Shown: in pieces, positions 47,652 through 58,511 of the stretch
Layout of the letters: each line of letters opens with the position of its first letter
How positions within the stretch are numbered: position 1 is the first letter of the stretch
Assembly: GCA_964637365.1 (NCBI GenBank)
Contig: CAZWWH010000002.1
Coordinates: 11,528-75,527 of the forward strand
Direction: 5' to 3'
Origin: an uncultured Peptococcaceae bacterium
GTDB taxonomy: Bacteria > Bacillota > Dehalobacteriia > UBA7702
Length of the DNA stretch: 64,000 bases
Translations under genes and position numbers: made by a program
Notes under the pieces: generated by a model
The model's input: the letters and a program-made list of their open reading frames with translations, nothing else
Databases searched by the model: none
Told to the model about the DNA's origin: nothing

Positions 47652-48095
47652 ATGGCTATTTATGAAATTGTACAAGTTGGAGACGATGTATTAAGAGAAA
47701 AATGTCAGCCTGTCAACGAGGTCAACGACACGGTACGTGAGCTCCTTGATGATATGGCGGAAACAATGTACCATGCTGACGGTGTGGGGCTGGCTGCTCC
47801 TCAGGTGGGAATTCCCAAGCGTATCATCGTGGTTGATGTGGGGGAAGGCTTGGTGCAGTTGGTGAATCCTGAGTTAGTCAACGGCAGGGGAAGACAAACC
47901 GATGAAGAGGGCTGTCTCAGTGTTGTTGGCGTTACAGGGACGGTGGAACGCTACAAAACCGTCATAGTCAAAGGTCTTGATCGCAACGGAAAGGGCGTTT
48001 TGATTAAGGCCAGCGGTCTATATGCCAGAGCCCTTCAGCATGAAATGGATCATCTCGACGGAATTTTGTTTATTGATAAAGTAGTGAAGAAGTGA
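47652..48095 (+). CDS. def: Peptide deformylase
   Basis: Motifs [22 protein letters not shown]. Confidence 0.85.
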   Translation: MAIYEIVQVGDDVLREKCQPVNEVNDTVRELLDDMAETMYHADGVGLAAPQVGIPKRIIVVDVGEGLVQLVNPELVNGRGRQTDEEGCLSVVGVTGTVERYKTVIVKGLDRNGKGVLIKASGLYARALQHEMDHLDGILFIDKVVKK

Positions 48096-48099
48096 TTGT

Positions 48100-49044
48100 A
48101 TGAAAATTATTTATATGGGCAGCCCGGAATTCGCAGTTTACGGATTGAACGCCCTTTACAATGCGGGCCATGAAATTAAGGCAGTGATTACAAGAGAGGA
48201 TAAAATTAGAGGACGAAAAAAACAGCCTCAGCCCACCGCCGTCAAAGCGAGAGCCATGGAATTGGGATTGACCGTTTATACTCCATCGAATGTCAACGAT
48301 TCGGATTTTATCGCAACCCTTAAAGATACCGGCGCAGAGCTTATTATTGTATCAGCCTTTGGCCGCTTGCTGAAATCGGAAATTTTGTCGGCCCTGCCCT
48401 TGGGGGTATTGAACATCCACGGTTCCCTTTTGCCAAAATATCGTGGCGCTTCTCCGATGAACGCCGTATTGCGGGATGGCGAATCCGAAACCGGTATTAC
48501 CATTATGTATCTCAATGAAGGCATGGACGAAGGGGATATTTGTCTGAAAGGTTCCCTGGAAATTGGTGAGGATGAAAATTTTGCCTCCCTTTCCCAGAGG
48601 ATGGGAGAATTGGGCGGTCAGCTGATTGTGGAGGCCCTGGAACTGATGGAGCGGGGAAATGCTCCCAGAATCCCTCAAAATCATGAAGAGGCAACATACT
48701 GTCAGCTGATGACGAGAGAAGACGAAAAAATTTCTTGGCAGTGCGACGGCAAAGCCATTCACAATCAAATTCGCAGTCTCTCTCCGGAGCCCGGCGCATA
48801 TACTCATCTCAACGGAGATGTGGTAAAATTAATTGCCTCTCACTGGGAACCTATTACGGTGGAAGGAACTCCGGGACAGATTTTGTCCATGGATAAAAAA
48901 AATGGCGTAGCAGTTTGCTCTTTGGGTGGTATATTGTGGCTGCAGGAGGTAAAGCCCGCAGGTAAAAAGACCATGAGAGCCACCGATTGGTACCGTGGGC
49001 TTCGCCAAAAAGAATCTGCTGTTTTTACTGATGACGAAGTTTAA
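48100..49044 (+). CDS. fmt: Methionyl-tRNA formyltransferase
   Basis: Formyltransferase N-terminal domain with HGSLLPKYRGASP motif, and a C-terminal domain. Confidence 0.85.
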   Translation: MKIIYMGSPEFAVYGLNALYNAGHEIKAVITREDKIRGRKKQPQPTAVKARAMELGLTVYTPSNVNDSDFIATLKDTGAELIIVSAFGRLLKSEILSALPLGVLNIHGSLLPKYRGASPMNAVLRDGESETGITIMYLNEGMDEGDICLKGSLEIGEDENFASLSQRMGELGGQLIVEALELMERGNAPRIPQNHEEATYCQLMTREDEKISWQCDGKAIHNQIRSLSPEPGAYTHLNGDVVKLIASHWEPITVEGTPGQILSMDKKNGVAVCSLGGILWLQEVKPAGKKTMRATDWYRGLRQKESAVFTDDEV

Positions 49045-49063
49045 AGGAGGAATTTAATTCGGT

Positions 49064-49750
49064 ATGTTATTTTTTGACCCGACTATGATTATATTAATTC
49101 CCGCGATTATTTTATCTATGTGGGCGCAAATCAATATCAGTAGCACCATTGGTCGTTATGAAAGGGTTCAGGCGCGTAGCAGTCTGACCGGAGCTCAAGT
49201 GGCTCAACGAATTTTGCAGGCTAATGGTATTTATGATGTCCGTGTGGAAGCGGTGAGAGGTCATCTCACAGATCACTATGATCCTCGTACTAAAGTGGTG
49301 AGACTTTCCGAGTCTGTTTATGGCAAAACTTCCTTGGCAGCTTTGGGAGTGGCCGCTCATGAAGTAGGTCATGCTATTCAGCATGAAAACGACTATATGC
49401 CTCTGCGCATCCGTTCCGCTCTGGCCCCTATTGCTCAGTTTGGAAGCTATGGCTCCTGGATTTTGCTGATTGTGGGAATTTTGTTGTCCTCAATGTCTTT
49501 GGTTGAAGTCGGCATTTGGCTTTTTGTCGCCGTAGTTCTATTCCAGTTGGTGACGTTGCCTGTGGAATTCAACGCTTCCTCCAGGGCTTTGGTGCAGTTG
49601 GAATCCGGCGGTTATCTTGAATCCGATGAGATTAGCGGCAGCCGCAAAGTGCTGCGGGCCGCGGCGATGACCTATGTGGCCGCTGTTGTAATGGCTATTC
49701 TTCAATTGGTACGTTTGCTGGCCATTGCCGGTATTTTCAATCGTGACTAA
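49064..49750 (+). CDS. Membrane zinc metallopeptidase (HExxH)
   Basis: HEVGHAIQH motif. Conserved fmt-rsmB neighbourhood. Confidence 0.6.
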   Translation: MLFFDPTMIILIPAIILSMWAQINISSTIGRYERVQARSSLTGAQVAQRILQANGIYDVRVEAVRGHLTDHYDPRTKVVRLSESVYGKTSLAALGVAAHEVGHAIQHENDYMPLRIRSALAPIAQFGSYGSWILLIVGILLSSMSLVEVGIWLFVAVVLFQLVTLPVEFNASSRALVQLESGGYLESDEISGSRKVLRAAAMTYVAAVVMAILQLVRLLAIAGIFNRD

Positions 49751-49759
49751 GGAATTAAC

Positions 49760-51109
49760 ATGGAAAACACACGAAATTTAGCGGCAAAAATTCTTCACGC
49801 TGTAACGGAAGAGGGAGCGTATGCCAACCTCACCTTGAGCCGGTATTTGAATCAATGTGGCCTGGAGCGCCGTGACAAGGCCTTTGTTACCAGCTTAGTT
49901 TACGGTACACTGGAGCATCTATGCCCTATTAATTATCAATTAAATCAGTTTTTGAAAAAGCCCTTAAAGAAGAAGGATCGTTTTTTAATGACCCTTCTTC
50001 GTTTGGGTTTTTATGAAATCTTATACACTGACACTCCCGGACGTGCCGTGGTCAATGAAATTGTAAAATTGGCAAAAAAACACGGCCATCAAGGCTGGGG
50101 AAATATGGCCAATGGTATTTTACGAAATCTTCTTCGTCAAAAAGAAATGTTAGCATGGCCAAAATTTTCCACCCCACTGGAAAAAATTGTCTTTGAGTCC
50201 TCATTGCCCCAATGGCTGGGAGATCTTTGGCAAAGAGAGCGGGGAGAAGGAGAAGCTGTTCGCCTTTTGGAGAGTGTTCAGGAGGTACGCTCTCTGGTTT
50301 TGCGGGTCAATACCTTGGTCGTTAACCGTGGTACTTTGCAAAAGGATTTGGAGCAAGAAGGCTGCTATACGGAACCTTGCCGTTATTCACCACATGGTCT
50401 CCGTTTCCTTTACGGTGAAAACCCGTTGACTACCTCATGTTATCAAAATGGTTTCTTTACCATACAAGAGGAATCGTCTCAAATGGCCGCTTTAGCGCTA
50501 TCTCCCGGACCCGGACAAAAAGTTCTTGATCTTTGCGCGGCGCCTGGAGGAAAAACAACTCACTTGGCTCAGCTCATGAAGAATCAGGGAGCCATCATGG
50601 CGGGGGATATCCATCCTCATAAAATCAAGCTCATCGAAGAAAACGCTCGACGTTTATCTATTAATATTATCGAAGCTGAGACTAGAGATGGTAAGCTGTG
50701 GGGAGAGGAATTTCCTGGATTCTTTGACTGCGTGCTGCTGGATGCTCCCTGCTCTGGCCTAGGCGTTCTTTCCAGAAGACAGGACGCCCGCTTCCGCAAG
50801 GATGCTTCAGATATTGTAGCTTTGGCGGCAGTGCAGTGGGATTTAATTTGTTCCGCAGTCAAAGCTCTGAAGCCCGGCGGTGTTATGGTTTATTCTACCT
50901 GCACTCTGACAAATTTGGAGAATCATGAAAACCGCCGCAAACTTTTGGAATCATTTTCAGAGATAAAGCCCTTGAACTTATCGGAACGGCTGCAAAACTT
51001 TTCTCAAGAGGAAGCGCCGTTTTTGCAAGAAGGTTATTTGGAATTATTGCCTTACCGTCACCATACTGATGGATTCTATATCTCCGCTTATCGAAAGGAA
51101 CCGTCATGA
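49760..51109 (+). CDS. rsmB: 16S rRNA (cytosine967-C5)-methyltransferase
   Basis: NusB-like N-terminus plus SAM-MTase domain with motifs DLCAAPGGKT, DAPCSG, TCT. Confidence 0.8.
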   Translation: MENTRNLAAKILHAVTEEGAYANLTLSRYLNQCGLERRDKAFVTSLVYGTLEHLCPINYQLNQFLKKPLKKKDRFLMTLLRLGFYEILYTDTPGRAVVNEIVKLAKKHGHQGWGNMANGILRNLLRQKEMLAWPKFSTPLEKIVFESSLPQWLGDLWQRERGEGEAVRLLESVQEVRSLVLRVNTLVVNRGTLQKDLEQEGCYTEPCRYSPHGLRFLYGENPLTTSCYQNGFFTIQEESSQMAALALSPGPGQKVLDLCAAPGGKTTHLAQLMKNQGAIMAGDIHPHKIKLIEENARRLSINIIEAETRDGKLWGEEFPGFFDCVLLDAPCSGLGVLSRRQDARFRKDASDIVALAAVQWDLICSAVKALKPGGVMVYSTCTLTNLENHENRRKLLESFSEIKPLNLSERLQNFSQEEAPFLQEGYLELLPYRHHTDGFYISAYRKEPS

Positions 51110-52167
51110 TTGATTTGTTGTGTCTTGATAAAAATGATATGGAAACACTCATGGTTGATGCGGGATTCCCTGGCTATCGTGGCCGCCAGCTTTACGAGTG
51201 GTGTCACTGCAAAGAAGCAACCAATCTTCAAAGTATGACGAATTTACCACGAGATTTGAAGGATTGGCTGGCCAAATATGCAGTGATTGGCAAAGGTCGC
51301 TGTTTAGATACCCTTTATGGCTCTGACGATCAAACGGTGAAATTTCTTTTGGAATTCCCGGAGAAAACCGCCATTGAAACAGTTTTAATGCGATACGAAC
51401 GGGAATCCGCCAGAAACCGCAATACGATATGTGTTAGCACGCAAGCTGGCTGTGCCATGGGATGTCAATTCTGTGCCACGGCACTTAACGGGCTTCAACG
51501 AAACCTTTCCACTGGTGAAATTATTGAGCAAGTGAACTACGGGAATCGCTACTTAAGCAGAAAAAAAGAATCCCACATTACCAACGTTGTTTATATGGGC
51601 ATGGGAGAACCTCTGGCAAATTGGAACGCTGTATGGAAAAGTATTACTATTCTTAATGATGCGAAAAACATTGGTATGCGGCGAATTACAGTTTCTACTT
51701 CTGGTCTGGTGCCACAAATCAGAAAAATAACGGAGTTAAATCCGCAGTTTACTCTGGCGGTGTCTTTACACGCTCCCAATGATGCATTGCGCAACCGCTT
51801 AATGCCCATCAATCGAAAATATCCCATCAAAGATCTAATAAATGCTTTGGATGAATATGCGGAAAAAACAGGACGCCGCGTTACCATTGAATATGCCCTA
51901 TTCGATGGTGTCAATGATTCGGAAGAAATTGCCAAGGAATTGGTAACTCTTTTAAAGGGACGACTGGTTCATGTTAATCTTTTGCCGGGAAATCCTGTAA
52001 AAGAGACAGGTTTGCGTCGCTCCAATGAAAAAAATGTGGTGCAATTTCTAAAGCATCTTGAAATAAACGGTATTGAGGCAACATTAAGAGAATCAAGAGG
52101 CCAAGATATTGACGGAGCTTGCGGTCAGCTTAGGGCAAAGAAAAAAGACTGCATCGATAATCAGTAA
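51106..52167 (+). CDS. rlmN: 23S rRNA (adenine2503-C2)-methyltransferase (radical SAM)
   Basis: CAMGCQFCAT cluster motif and GMGEPL motif. Confidence 0.85.
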   Translation: MIDLLCLDKNDMETLMVDAGFPGYRGRQLYEWCHCKEATNLQSMTNLPRDLKDWLAKYAVIGKGRCLDTLYGSDDQTVKFLLEFPEKTAIETVLMRYERESARNRNTICVSTQAGCAMGCQFCATALNGLQRNLSTGEIIEQVNYGNRYLSRKKESHITNVVYMGMGEPLANWNAVWKSITILNDAKNIGMRRITVSTSGLVPQIRKITELNPQFTLAVSLHAPNDALRNRLMPINRKYPIKDLINALDEYAEKTGRRVTIEYALFDGVNDSEEIAKELVTLLKGRLVHVNLLPGNPVKETGLRRSNEKNVVQFLKHLEINGIEATLRESRGQDIDGACGQLRAKKKDCIDNQ

Positions 52168-52255
52168 AAAGTTACTGACAAAAAGAGGAAAAATAGAAAA
52201 AAAACAGAATTATATACGTTGAATCATTTTACGTTTGATACGAAAGAAGGTATTT

Positions 52256-52987
52256 ATGAAAGCCTGGTCGTTGACAGATATCGGATTAAAGAGAATAGAG
52301 AATGAGGACTTTTATTTTTGTGATGCCGAGAAAGGCCTATTTCTGATTGCCGATGGCATGGGTGGCCATGCTGGGGGTGAAGTTGCCAGCGCCACTGCAG
52401 TAAAAGTTGTTCGTGATCATTTCTTCGGCGTGACAGAGGAAAACTACCGGAAAGAAATCAGCGGTATTTTTCGTTTAGCCAATCAAGAAATCTATCAATT
52501 GGCTCAGAGGAAAAAGCATTTGAAAGGGATGGGCACTACTTTGGCAGCGGCGGCTGTTTCCGGGGAGCACTTATTCATTGGTTATGTAGGTGATAGCAGA
52601 GTCTATCTTTATCGTAATGGTGACATTCGTCAACTGACAGAGGATCAGAACATCGCCGGACAACTGGTGCGGAGCGGTGAATTAACGGAAGAAGAAGCCA
52701 TGGAGCATCCCGGAAAAAATTTACTCACCAATGCCATGGGGCTTCATCCAGATTTAGAGATTGCTTTTTGCCATGAAATTCTGGAAAAAGATGATATCTT
52801 GCTGATGTGTACCGATGGTTTAAATAGTTTTCTTTCTTCATCGGAATTGGCACAAATCATTCATAAGTATGAAAAAGACTTATCAAAAGCTTTAGATAAA
52901 ATGTTAAAAACCGCCCTAGAACGTGGGGGCGATGATAATATAACAATCATATTGACGAAAAATTCTTGGTATGAGGTGAAATCATGA
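52256..52987 (+). CDS. stp: PP2C-family Ser/Thr protein phosphatase
   Basis: PP2C motifs (ADGMGGH, DGLN). Upstream of and overlapping prkC. Confidence 0.8.
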   Translation: MKAWSLTDIGLKRIENEDFYFCDAEKGLFLIADGMGGHAGGEVASATAVKVVRDHFFGVTEENYRKEISGIFRLANQEIYQLAQRKKHLKGMGTTLAAAAVSGEHLFIGYVGDSRVYLYRNGDIRQLTEDQNIAGQLVRSGELTEEEAMEHPGKNLLTNAMGLHPDLEIAFCHEILEKDDILLMCTDGLNSFLSSSELAQIIHKYEKDLSKALDKMLKTALERGGDDNITIILTKNSWYEVKS

Positions 52988-54966
52988 TAGGAACGAAGTT
53001 TATGGGACGATATGAAATCGTTTCCAAATTGGGAAGCGGTGGTATGGCCGTGGTTTATAAAGCGGTGGATACAGTTTTGAACCGCATGGTAACTGTAAAA
53101 ATCATGCAGGAACAGCTTTCCTCTAATCAACAGTTTGTGGTTCGATTCCGCAAGGAAGCGCAGGCTGTTGCGGCGTTGTCCCATCCTAATATTGTGAAGG
53201 TGTACGATGTGGGTTGCAGCGAAGAGGGTGAACACTACCTGATTATGGAATACGTGGAGGGCCGTACATTAAAAGAAGTAATCCAGAAAAACGGTTCTCT
53301 TTCAGTGTCAGCTTCTTTGGATTATGTGAACCAAATTTTAGCCGGGCTGCGCCATGCTCATTCCTATGGTGTAATTCATCGTGATATCAAGCCTCAAAAT
53401 ATTATGATTACACCCAATAACCAAGTAAAAATCATGGATTTTGGTTTGGCACTGAACCTTTCTGACTCTACTATGACGTATGATTCCACGGTGTTTGGCT
53501 CCGTTCATTATATTGCACCGGAAATTGCCCAAAAGGGTACCGGAGATGCCCGGGCGGACATCTATTCCACTGGGATTGTTCTTTACGAAATGCTTACTGG
53601 GGAATTACCCTTTTCGGGCGAGAGTCCTATTACGATTGCTTTGCAGCATGTAGAGGGGAAGTATGCCCCAGTTGATGAGATTGACGATGATATTCCCTAT
53701 GAAGTGGCCCGCATCGTTGATAAAACCATGGCAGTGGATCCCGAAGAACGGTATCACAGTGTAAAATCTGTAATGCGTGACATTGAACGTGCTGCGACTC
53801 AGCATGGGATTCGTTTATCCTCTGTTTCTGTAGATGAAAACGATACTACAATGCGCACTTCGGCATTAAATCAAACAATTCCGGTGAGAGAACCCCAAAA
53901 AGTTCACCGCAATTATGACTTTGATGAAGATGAAGACTTTGATTTAGATGATGAGGAAGATTCTTACAATCGACGTTCCAAAAAGAATCGCGGTTCTTCT
54001 TCTACTCGAAGTGCAAAAGCGGAAGCAGCCAGGAAAAAGAAAAAGAAGAAGATCATAATCGGTGTAATTATTGGCATCGTTCTCTTGTCCGTGGGAATTT
54101 TTGCGGGTGTACGTGCCTTTACAAATACCGGTGAAGAAGTGGAAGTCCCCAAAGTTGAAGGTGAAAAAGTTGACGTTGCCTGTGATATGCTGGATGAACT
54201 GGGGATTAAGTACAATATCAACTATATGGAAAGCGATGAAGTGGAAGTTGATTATGTAATCTCTCAAAGCATCAAAGCTGGCCAAAAAGTGAAAGCTGGG
54301 CGCACCATTGAACTGGCTGTAAGTACTGGTAGTGACAAAATAGAGGTACCTGACGTTGTCGGAGATACTGAGGAGAAGGCCACCAAGAAACTGGAAGGTG
54401 AAGGTTTCAAGGTGAAAGTAAAAGAAGAAGCTTCTGATACAGTGAAGGAAGGTAGAGTGATTAGTCAAGATCCCGAAGGTGGAGAAGAGGCTGGAAAAAA
54501 TGCGACTGTCACCATTGTAGTAAGCACCGGCAAAGATGCAAAGACAGAAACCACTACTGTGCCGAATGTTACAGGCCTTACTCTCGAAGATGCGGAAAAA
54601 CAGTTGAAAGCCAAAGGCTTGAATTGTGGTAAGGTAACGGAAAAATATTCTTCTGAGGCGGAATCTGGCTATGTATATTATCAGAGTATTAACGCCGGAA
54701 CCACAGTGGAAAAAGGTACCACCGTTGATCTTACGGTAAGCAAAGGTACGGAAACAAAATCTTATAATTATTCTTTTGTGGTGCCTCAGGAATATGATGA
54801 TGGTTTATTGATTATCGTTTGTGAAGACGAGCGTGGCAGCGAAGAGTATTACCATGATACTTGTAGTGCCGGGCAGACGGTGCGTCTTACCATTGATGTG
54901 ACACCCCCTGGTAGAATTATCGCCACCATTGATGGTTCAGAAGTTGACCGCAAAACGGTGAATTGA
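52984..54966 (+). CDS. prkC: Ser/Thr protein kinase with PASTA domains
   Basis: Hanks kinase motifs (GSGGMAVVYKA, HRDIKPQN, DFG). TM segment. Three C-terminal PASTA repeats. Confidence 0.85.
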   Translation: MIGTKFMGRYEIVSKLGSGGMAVVYKAVDTVLNRMVTVKIMQEQLSSNQQFVVRFRKEAQAVAALSHPNIVKVYDVGCSEEGEHYLIMEYVEGRTLKEVIQKNGSLSVSASLDYVNQILAGLRHAHSYGVIHRDIKPQNIMITPNNQVKIMDFGLALNLSDSTMTYDSTVFGSVHYIAPEIAQKGTGDARADIYSTGIVLYEMLTGELPFSGESPITIALQHVEGKYAPVDEIDDDIPYEVARIVDKTMAVDPEERYHSVKSVMRDIERAATQHGIRLSSVSVDENDTTMRTSALNQTIPVREPQKVHRNYDFDEDEDFDLDDEEDSYNRRSKKNRGSSSTRSAKAEAARKKKKKKIIIGVIIGIVLLSVGIFAGVRAFTNTGEEVEVPKVEGEKVDVACDMLDELGIKYNINYMESDEVEVDYVISQSIKAGQKVKAGRTIELAVSTGSDKIEVPDVVGDTEEKATKKLEGEGFKVKVKEEASDTVKEGRVISQDPEGGEEAGKNATVTIVVSTGKDAKTETTTVPNVTGLTLEDAEKQLKAKGLNCGKVTEKYSSEAESGYVYYQSINAGTTVEKGTTVDLTVSKGTETKSYNYSFVVPQEYDDGLLIIVCEDERGSEEYYHDTCSAGQTVRLTIDVTPPGRIIATIDGSEVDRKTVN

Positions 54967-55857
54967 TTGATGACAGCAGAAGGTTTATTAATCAAAGGTT
55001 ATAATGGATTTTATTATGTTGAATCAATGGGGCACCTGTGGAGTTGCTCTTTGCGCGGACGCTTCCGCATCAAAAAGCAAACATTTCTTCCTGGGGATTT
55101 GGTGAGAATCACAGTCGTAGATGACGCCAAAAGCCATGGCGTTATTGAAGAAGTGATGGAACGTAAAAACGAATTGCTTCGCCCCCATGTGGCCAATGTA
55201 GATCGAGCTGTAATTACCTTTGCATTACAGAATCCCAAGCCTGACCTTTTATTGCTGGATCGTATCCTAATCCAAGTTTTAGATGCCAAAATTCAGCCGT
55301 TGCTTTGCTTTAATAAAGCGGATTTGGTTTCTGAGGAAGAGCGGCATTCCTTGATTCATCCCTATCAAAAAGCTGGTTTTGATGTAATCACGGTTTCTGC
55401 AAATACAGGTGAAGGAATTCAAGCATTGCGGTCCGCTATCCATGGGAATTTGATTGTGATGGCTGGCCCCTCCGGAGCTGGAAAAAGTAGTATTCTCAAT
55501 GCATTAAATGCTCGATTCCATTTGGAAACAGGAGAATTGAGCAAAAAGGTGGAACGGGGAAAGCACACCACTCGCAGGGTAGAGCTATTGCCTTTGGATG
55601 ATACCACCTATATTGCGGATACTCCAGGCTTTTCTAGTTTATTTTTGCCAGAAGGTATTGAACGTCCTAATTTGCAGCGGTTTTATCCAGAATTTGCTCC
55701 TTTTTCCGAAGAGTGCCCTTATTTATCTTGTCTCCACGATAAAGAACGAGATTGTGGCATTAAAGACGCAGTGGAGCAGGGTAAGATTGACCGTGGCCGT
55801 TATGAACGGTATTGTGTATTTTTGGAAGAATTAAAAGAAAGAGAAGGAAAGTACTAA
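54967..55857 (+). CDS. rsgA: Ribosome small-subunit-dependent GTPase A
   Basis: OB-fold N-terminus. Circularly permuted GTPase (GPSGAGKSS). C-terminal zinc finger (CPYLSCLHDKERDC). Confidence 0.85.
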   Translation: MMTAEGLLIKGYNGFYYVESMGHLWSCSLRGRFRIKKQTFLPGDLVRITVVDDAKSHGVIEEVMERKNELLRPHVANVDRAVITFALQNPKPDLLLLDRILIQVLDAKIQPLLCFNKADLVSEEERHSLIHPYQKAGFDVITVSANTGEGIQALRSAIHGNLIVMAGPSGAGKSSILNALNARFHLETGELSKKVERGKHTTRRVELLPLDDTTYIADTPGFSSLFLPEGIERPNLQRFYPEFAPFSEECPYLSCLHDKERDCGIKDAVEQGKIDRGRYERYCVFLEELKEREGKY

Positions 55858-56507
55858 TGACAATTTTAGCGCCTTCACTTTTGGCAGCGGATTTCAGTTG
55901 TCTAAAGAATATGACATTGGAAGTGGAGCAAGCTGGGGCCCAATGGCTTCATTTGGATATTATGGATTACCATTTTGTTCCGAATCTTACATTTGGTGCC
56001 GGCGTTGTAAAGTCGCTTCGTCCCCATTCCGACATGGTATTCGACGCACACCTTATGGTGGAAGATCCAGAAAAATATATTGCTGATTTTCAAAAGGCTG
56101 GTGCGGATTATTTTACCTTCCATTATGAAGCCGTGGATGATGCCGCCAAGTTGATTGATACCATCAAGGAACACGGTATGAAAGTTGGTATTTCCGTAAA
56201 ACCGGGGACAGATATCAAAGTTTTGGCTCCATATTTAAATAAGTTAGATCTTGTTCTGGTAATGAGTGTGGAACCAGGTTTTGGCGGTCAAAAATTTATG
56301 GCAGATATGTTATCAAAGGTCCAATGGTTAAAAGAACAAAAGATGTGCGGCGCAGGAAGCTACCTGATTGAAATTGATGGAGGTATTAATCGTGAAACCG
56401 CCATTGATGCGGTCAAGTCTGGAGTAGAAGTCCTTGTGGCGGGAACGGCGGTATTTGGAGCCAAGAATATTTCGGCGGAAGTGGAATATTTTCTCAATCT
56501 TCTGTGA
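55857..56507 (+). CDS. rpe: Ribulose-phosphate 3-epimerase
   Basis: TIM-barrel RPE motifs (HLDIMD, MSVEPGFGGQ). Start overlaps the rsgA stop (TAATG). Confidence 0.85.
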   Translation: MTILAPSLLAADFSCLKNMTLEVEQAGAQWLHLDIMDYHFVPNLTFGAGVVKSLRPHSDMVFDAHLMVEDPEKYIADFQKAGADYFTFHYEAVDDAAKLIDTIKEHGMKVGISVKPGTDIKVLAPYLNKLDLVLVMSVEPGFGGQKFMADMLSKVQWLKEQKMCGAGSYLIEIDGGINRETAIDAVKSGVEVLVAGTAVFGAKNISAEVEYFLNLL

Positions 56508-56559
56508 TTTAGACCTTTACAAAATAAAGAATTGTGCTATAATATTAAAAAATGAAAAA

Positions 56560-56720
56560 TTCTTCGGGGACGGTTCGATTCCGTACCGGCGGTAAAGCCC
56601 GCGAGCCTACTTGGTTGATTCGGTGAAATTCCGAAGCCGACAGTAAAGTCTGGATGGAAGAAGAATGGTGATTATTTATCATGCTTTGGGAGCCCCGATA
56701 TCAATCGGGGCTTTTTTGCG
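56560..56720 (+). promoter_or_regulatory. FMN riboswitch (RFN element) with intrinsic terminator
   Basis: TTCTTCGGGGACGG...CCGTACCGGCGGTAAAGCCCG...GATTCGGTGAAATTCCGAAGCCGACAGTAAAGTCTGGATGGAAGAAGAATG. Terminator GGGAGCCCCGAT-atcaa-TCGGGGCTTTTTT. Confidence 0.85.
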
Positions 56721-56737
56721 TATATGGGAGTGATGGA

Positions 56738-57886
56738 ATGCAAATTGAAGATGAGAAATATCATGAACAGTTTATGCGTAGAGCTCTGCATTTAGCGGAA
56801 AAAGCCAAGGGTTTTACCGCACCTAATCCCATGGTTGGTGCAGTCATTGTAAAAAATGGTCAAATTGTAGGGGAAGGGTATCATCGCCGTGCTGGTGAAA
56901 ACCATGCAGAGGTCAATGCACTGCATCGTGCCGGGACTCATGCCCAAGGAGCTACGATATACGTTACTCTAGAGCCTTGTTCCCACTATGGAAAAACCCC
57001 ACCTTGTGCCGATGCACTGATTCGGGCAGGAATTAAAGAAGTATATATCGCAGTGGCAGATCCGAATCCAAAAGTTAACGGTGGTGGGATTCAGAAACTG
57101 GAACAAGCTGGAATTAAAGTGCATATAGGCCTTTGCGGCAAGGAAGCATTTTATTTAAATGAGGTATTTTTTACTAACCATACAGAGAAACGTGCTTTTG
57201 TGGCGTTAAAAAGCGCGCAAAGCATTGACGGGAAAATTGGCCCAGACAATGGAGCTCCTATAAGAATCACCTCTGAATTATCACGGAAATACGGTCATAT
57301 GCTGCGTCGGGAATATGGCGCTGTTTTGGTGGGAATCAATACCATATTAAATGATGACCCCGTGCTGAATATCCGCTATGATATTCCCCATGATAGTAAT
57401 AGACCAATATGTATTATTGTTGATTCAGAAATGAGAATACCGCTTAACGCCAAGGTATTGGATTTAAATGATGGGCCAATTCTGATATATACCGCAGCCG
57501 AGCTTTCCCGTAGTTTACGGGGAAAAATCGAAAGTAAAGGCGTGGAAGTAGTAGCCCTTCCTGATGGATATGGTCGTGTTGATTTGAAACAGTTGCCTTA
57601 TGATTTATATCAACGCGGTATTTGTGGTGTCTTGATAGAAGGCGGCTCTCAGATTCTAAGCAGTTTTTTTTCTGCTGAAAATTGGGATCGGTATTATGCT
57701 TTTACAGCACCAAAACTCATCGGCAAGCAAGGAATTCCACTTTTTGCTCATACCCCCCAAACAGTTCTGGACAACATAATACGAGATAAAGCCCAGATGA
57801 TTGATGAGGATATCCTGGTAGAATATCTCAGAAAGGATGGATTTGATCGATGTTTACCGGAATTATTGAAGAAAAGGGAATCCTAA
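56738..57886 (+). CDS. ribD: Bifunctional diaminohydroxyphosphoribosylaminopyrimidine deaminase / 5-amino-6-(5-phosphoribosylamino)uracil reductase
   Basis: CMP/dCMP deaminase zinc motifs (HAE...PCSHYG) plus reductase domain. Confidence 0.85.
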   Translation: MQIEDEKYHEQFMRRALHLAEKAKGFTAPNPMVGAVIVKNGQIVGEGYHRRAGENHAEVNALHRAGTHAQGATIYVTLEPCSHYGKTPPCADALIRAGIKEVYIAVADPNPKVNGGGIQKLEQAGIKVHIGLCGKEAFYLNEVFFTNHTEKRAFVALKSAQSIDGKIGPDNGAPIRITSELSRKYGHMLRREYGAVLVGINTILNDDPVLNIRYDIPHDSNRPICIIVDSEMRIPLNAKVLDLNDGPILIYTAAELSRSLRGKIESKGVEVVALPDGYGRVDLKQLPYDLYQRGICGVLIEGGSQILSSFFSAENWDRYYAFTAPKLIGKQGIPLFAHTPQTVLDNIIRDKAQMIDEDILVEYLRKDGFDRCLPELLKKRES

Positions 57887-58497
57887 AATCCATTGTCCAG
57901 AGAGGGGAAAGCGCCTTTCTTGATATCCAATGCAAGACAGTTTTAGAGCGAACAAAATTGGGAGACAGCATCGCCGTCAACGGTGTTTGTCTTACCGTGA
58001 CCCATTTGGAATTCGATTCCTTTACAGCTGATGTGATGGCAGAAACTTTACACCGCACTTCTTTGGGAGAATTGAAGAAAGGTTCTCCCGTCAATTTGGA
58101 GCGAGCCCTCCGCTTGGGAGACCGCTTGGGGGGACATATGGTAAGCGGTCATGTAGATGGCATTGGAACTATCGTCAAACTGGAACAGCAGGGGATTGCC
58201 ATTGTTATGACAATCGCAGCAGAGGAATCTGTTACCGATGGTATTATAGAGAAGGGCTCTATTACCATTGACGGAATTAGTCTCACAGTGGTTTTTGTGA
58301 AAAAGGATTGCTTTGCTGTATCACTGATTCCCCACACCATGCAGGAAACAAATTTATCTTATAAAAAACCCGGAAATACAGTGAATTTGGAAACTGATAT
58401 GATCGGGAAATATGTAAAAAAAATAATTACATCCCAATCTCGCGAGACTGGTTCACAAATCACTATGGATCTTCTTGCGAAAAATGGCTTTCTGTAA
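57850..58497 (+). CDS. ribE: Riboflavin synthase alpha subunit
   Basis: MFTGIIEE... and duplicated lumazine-binding halves. Confidence 0.85.
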   Translation: MFTGIIEEKGILKSIVQRGESAFLDIQCKTVLERTKLGDSIAVNGVCLTVTHLEFDSFTADVMAETLHRTSLGELKKGSPVNLERALRLGDRLGGHMVSGHVDGIGTIVKLEQQGIAIVMTIAAEESVTDGIIEKGSITIDGISLTVVFVKKDCFAVSLIPHTMQETNLSYKKPGNTVNLETDMIGKYVKKIITSQSRETGSQITMDLLAKNGFL

Positions 58498-58511
58498 AAG
58501 GAGGAACTGGA

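Noticed and set aside
56560-56600. tRNA-like GGTTCGATTCC segment
   Set aside because: It is embedded in the FMN riboswitch consensus and has no cloverleaf context, so it is not a tRNA.
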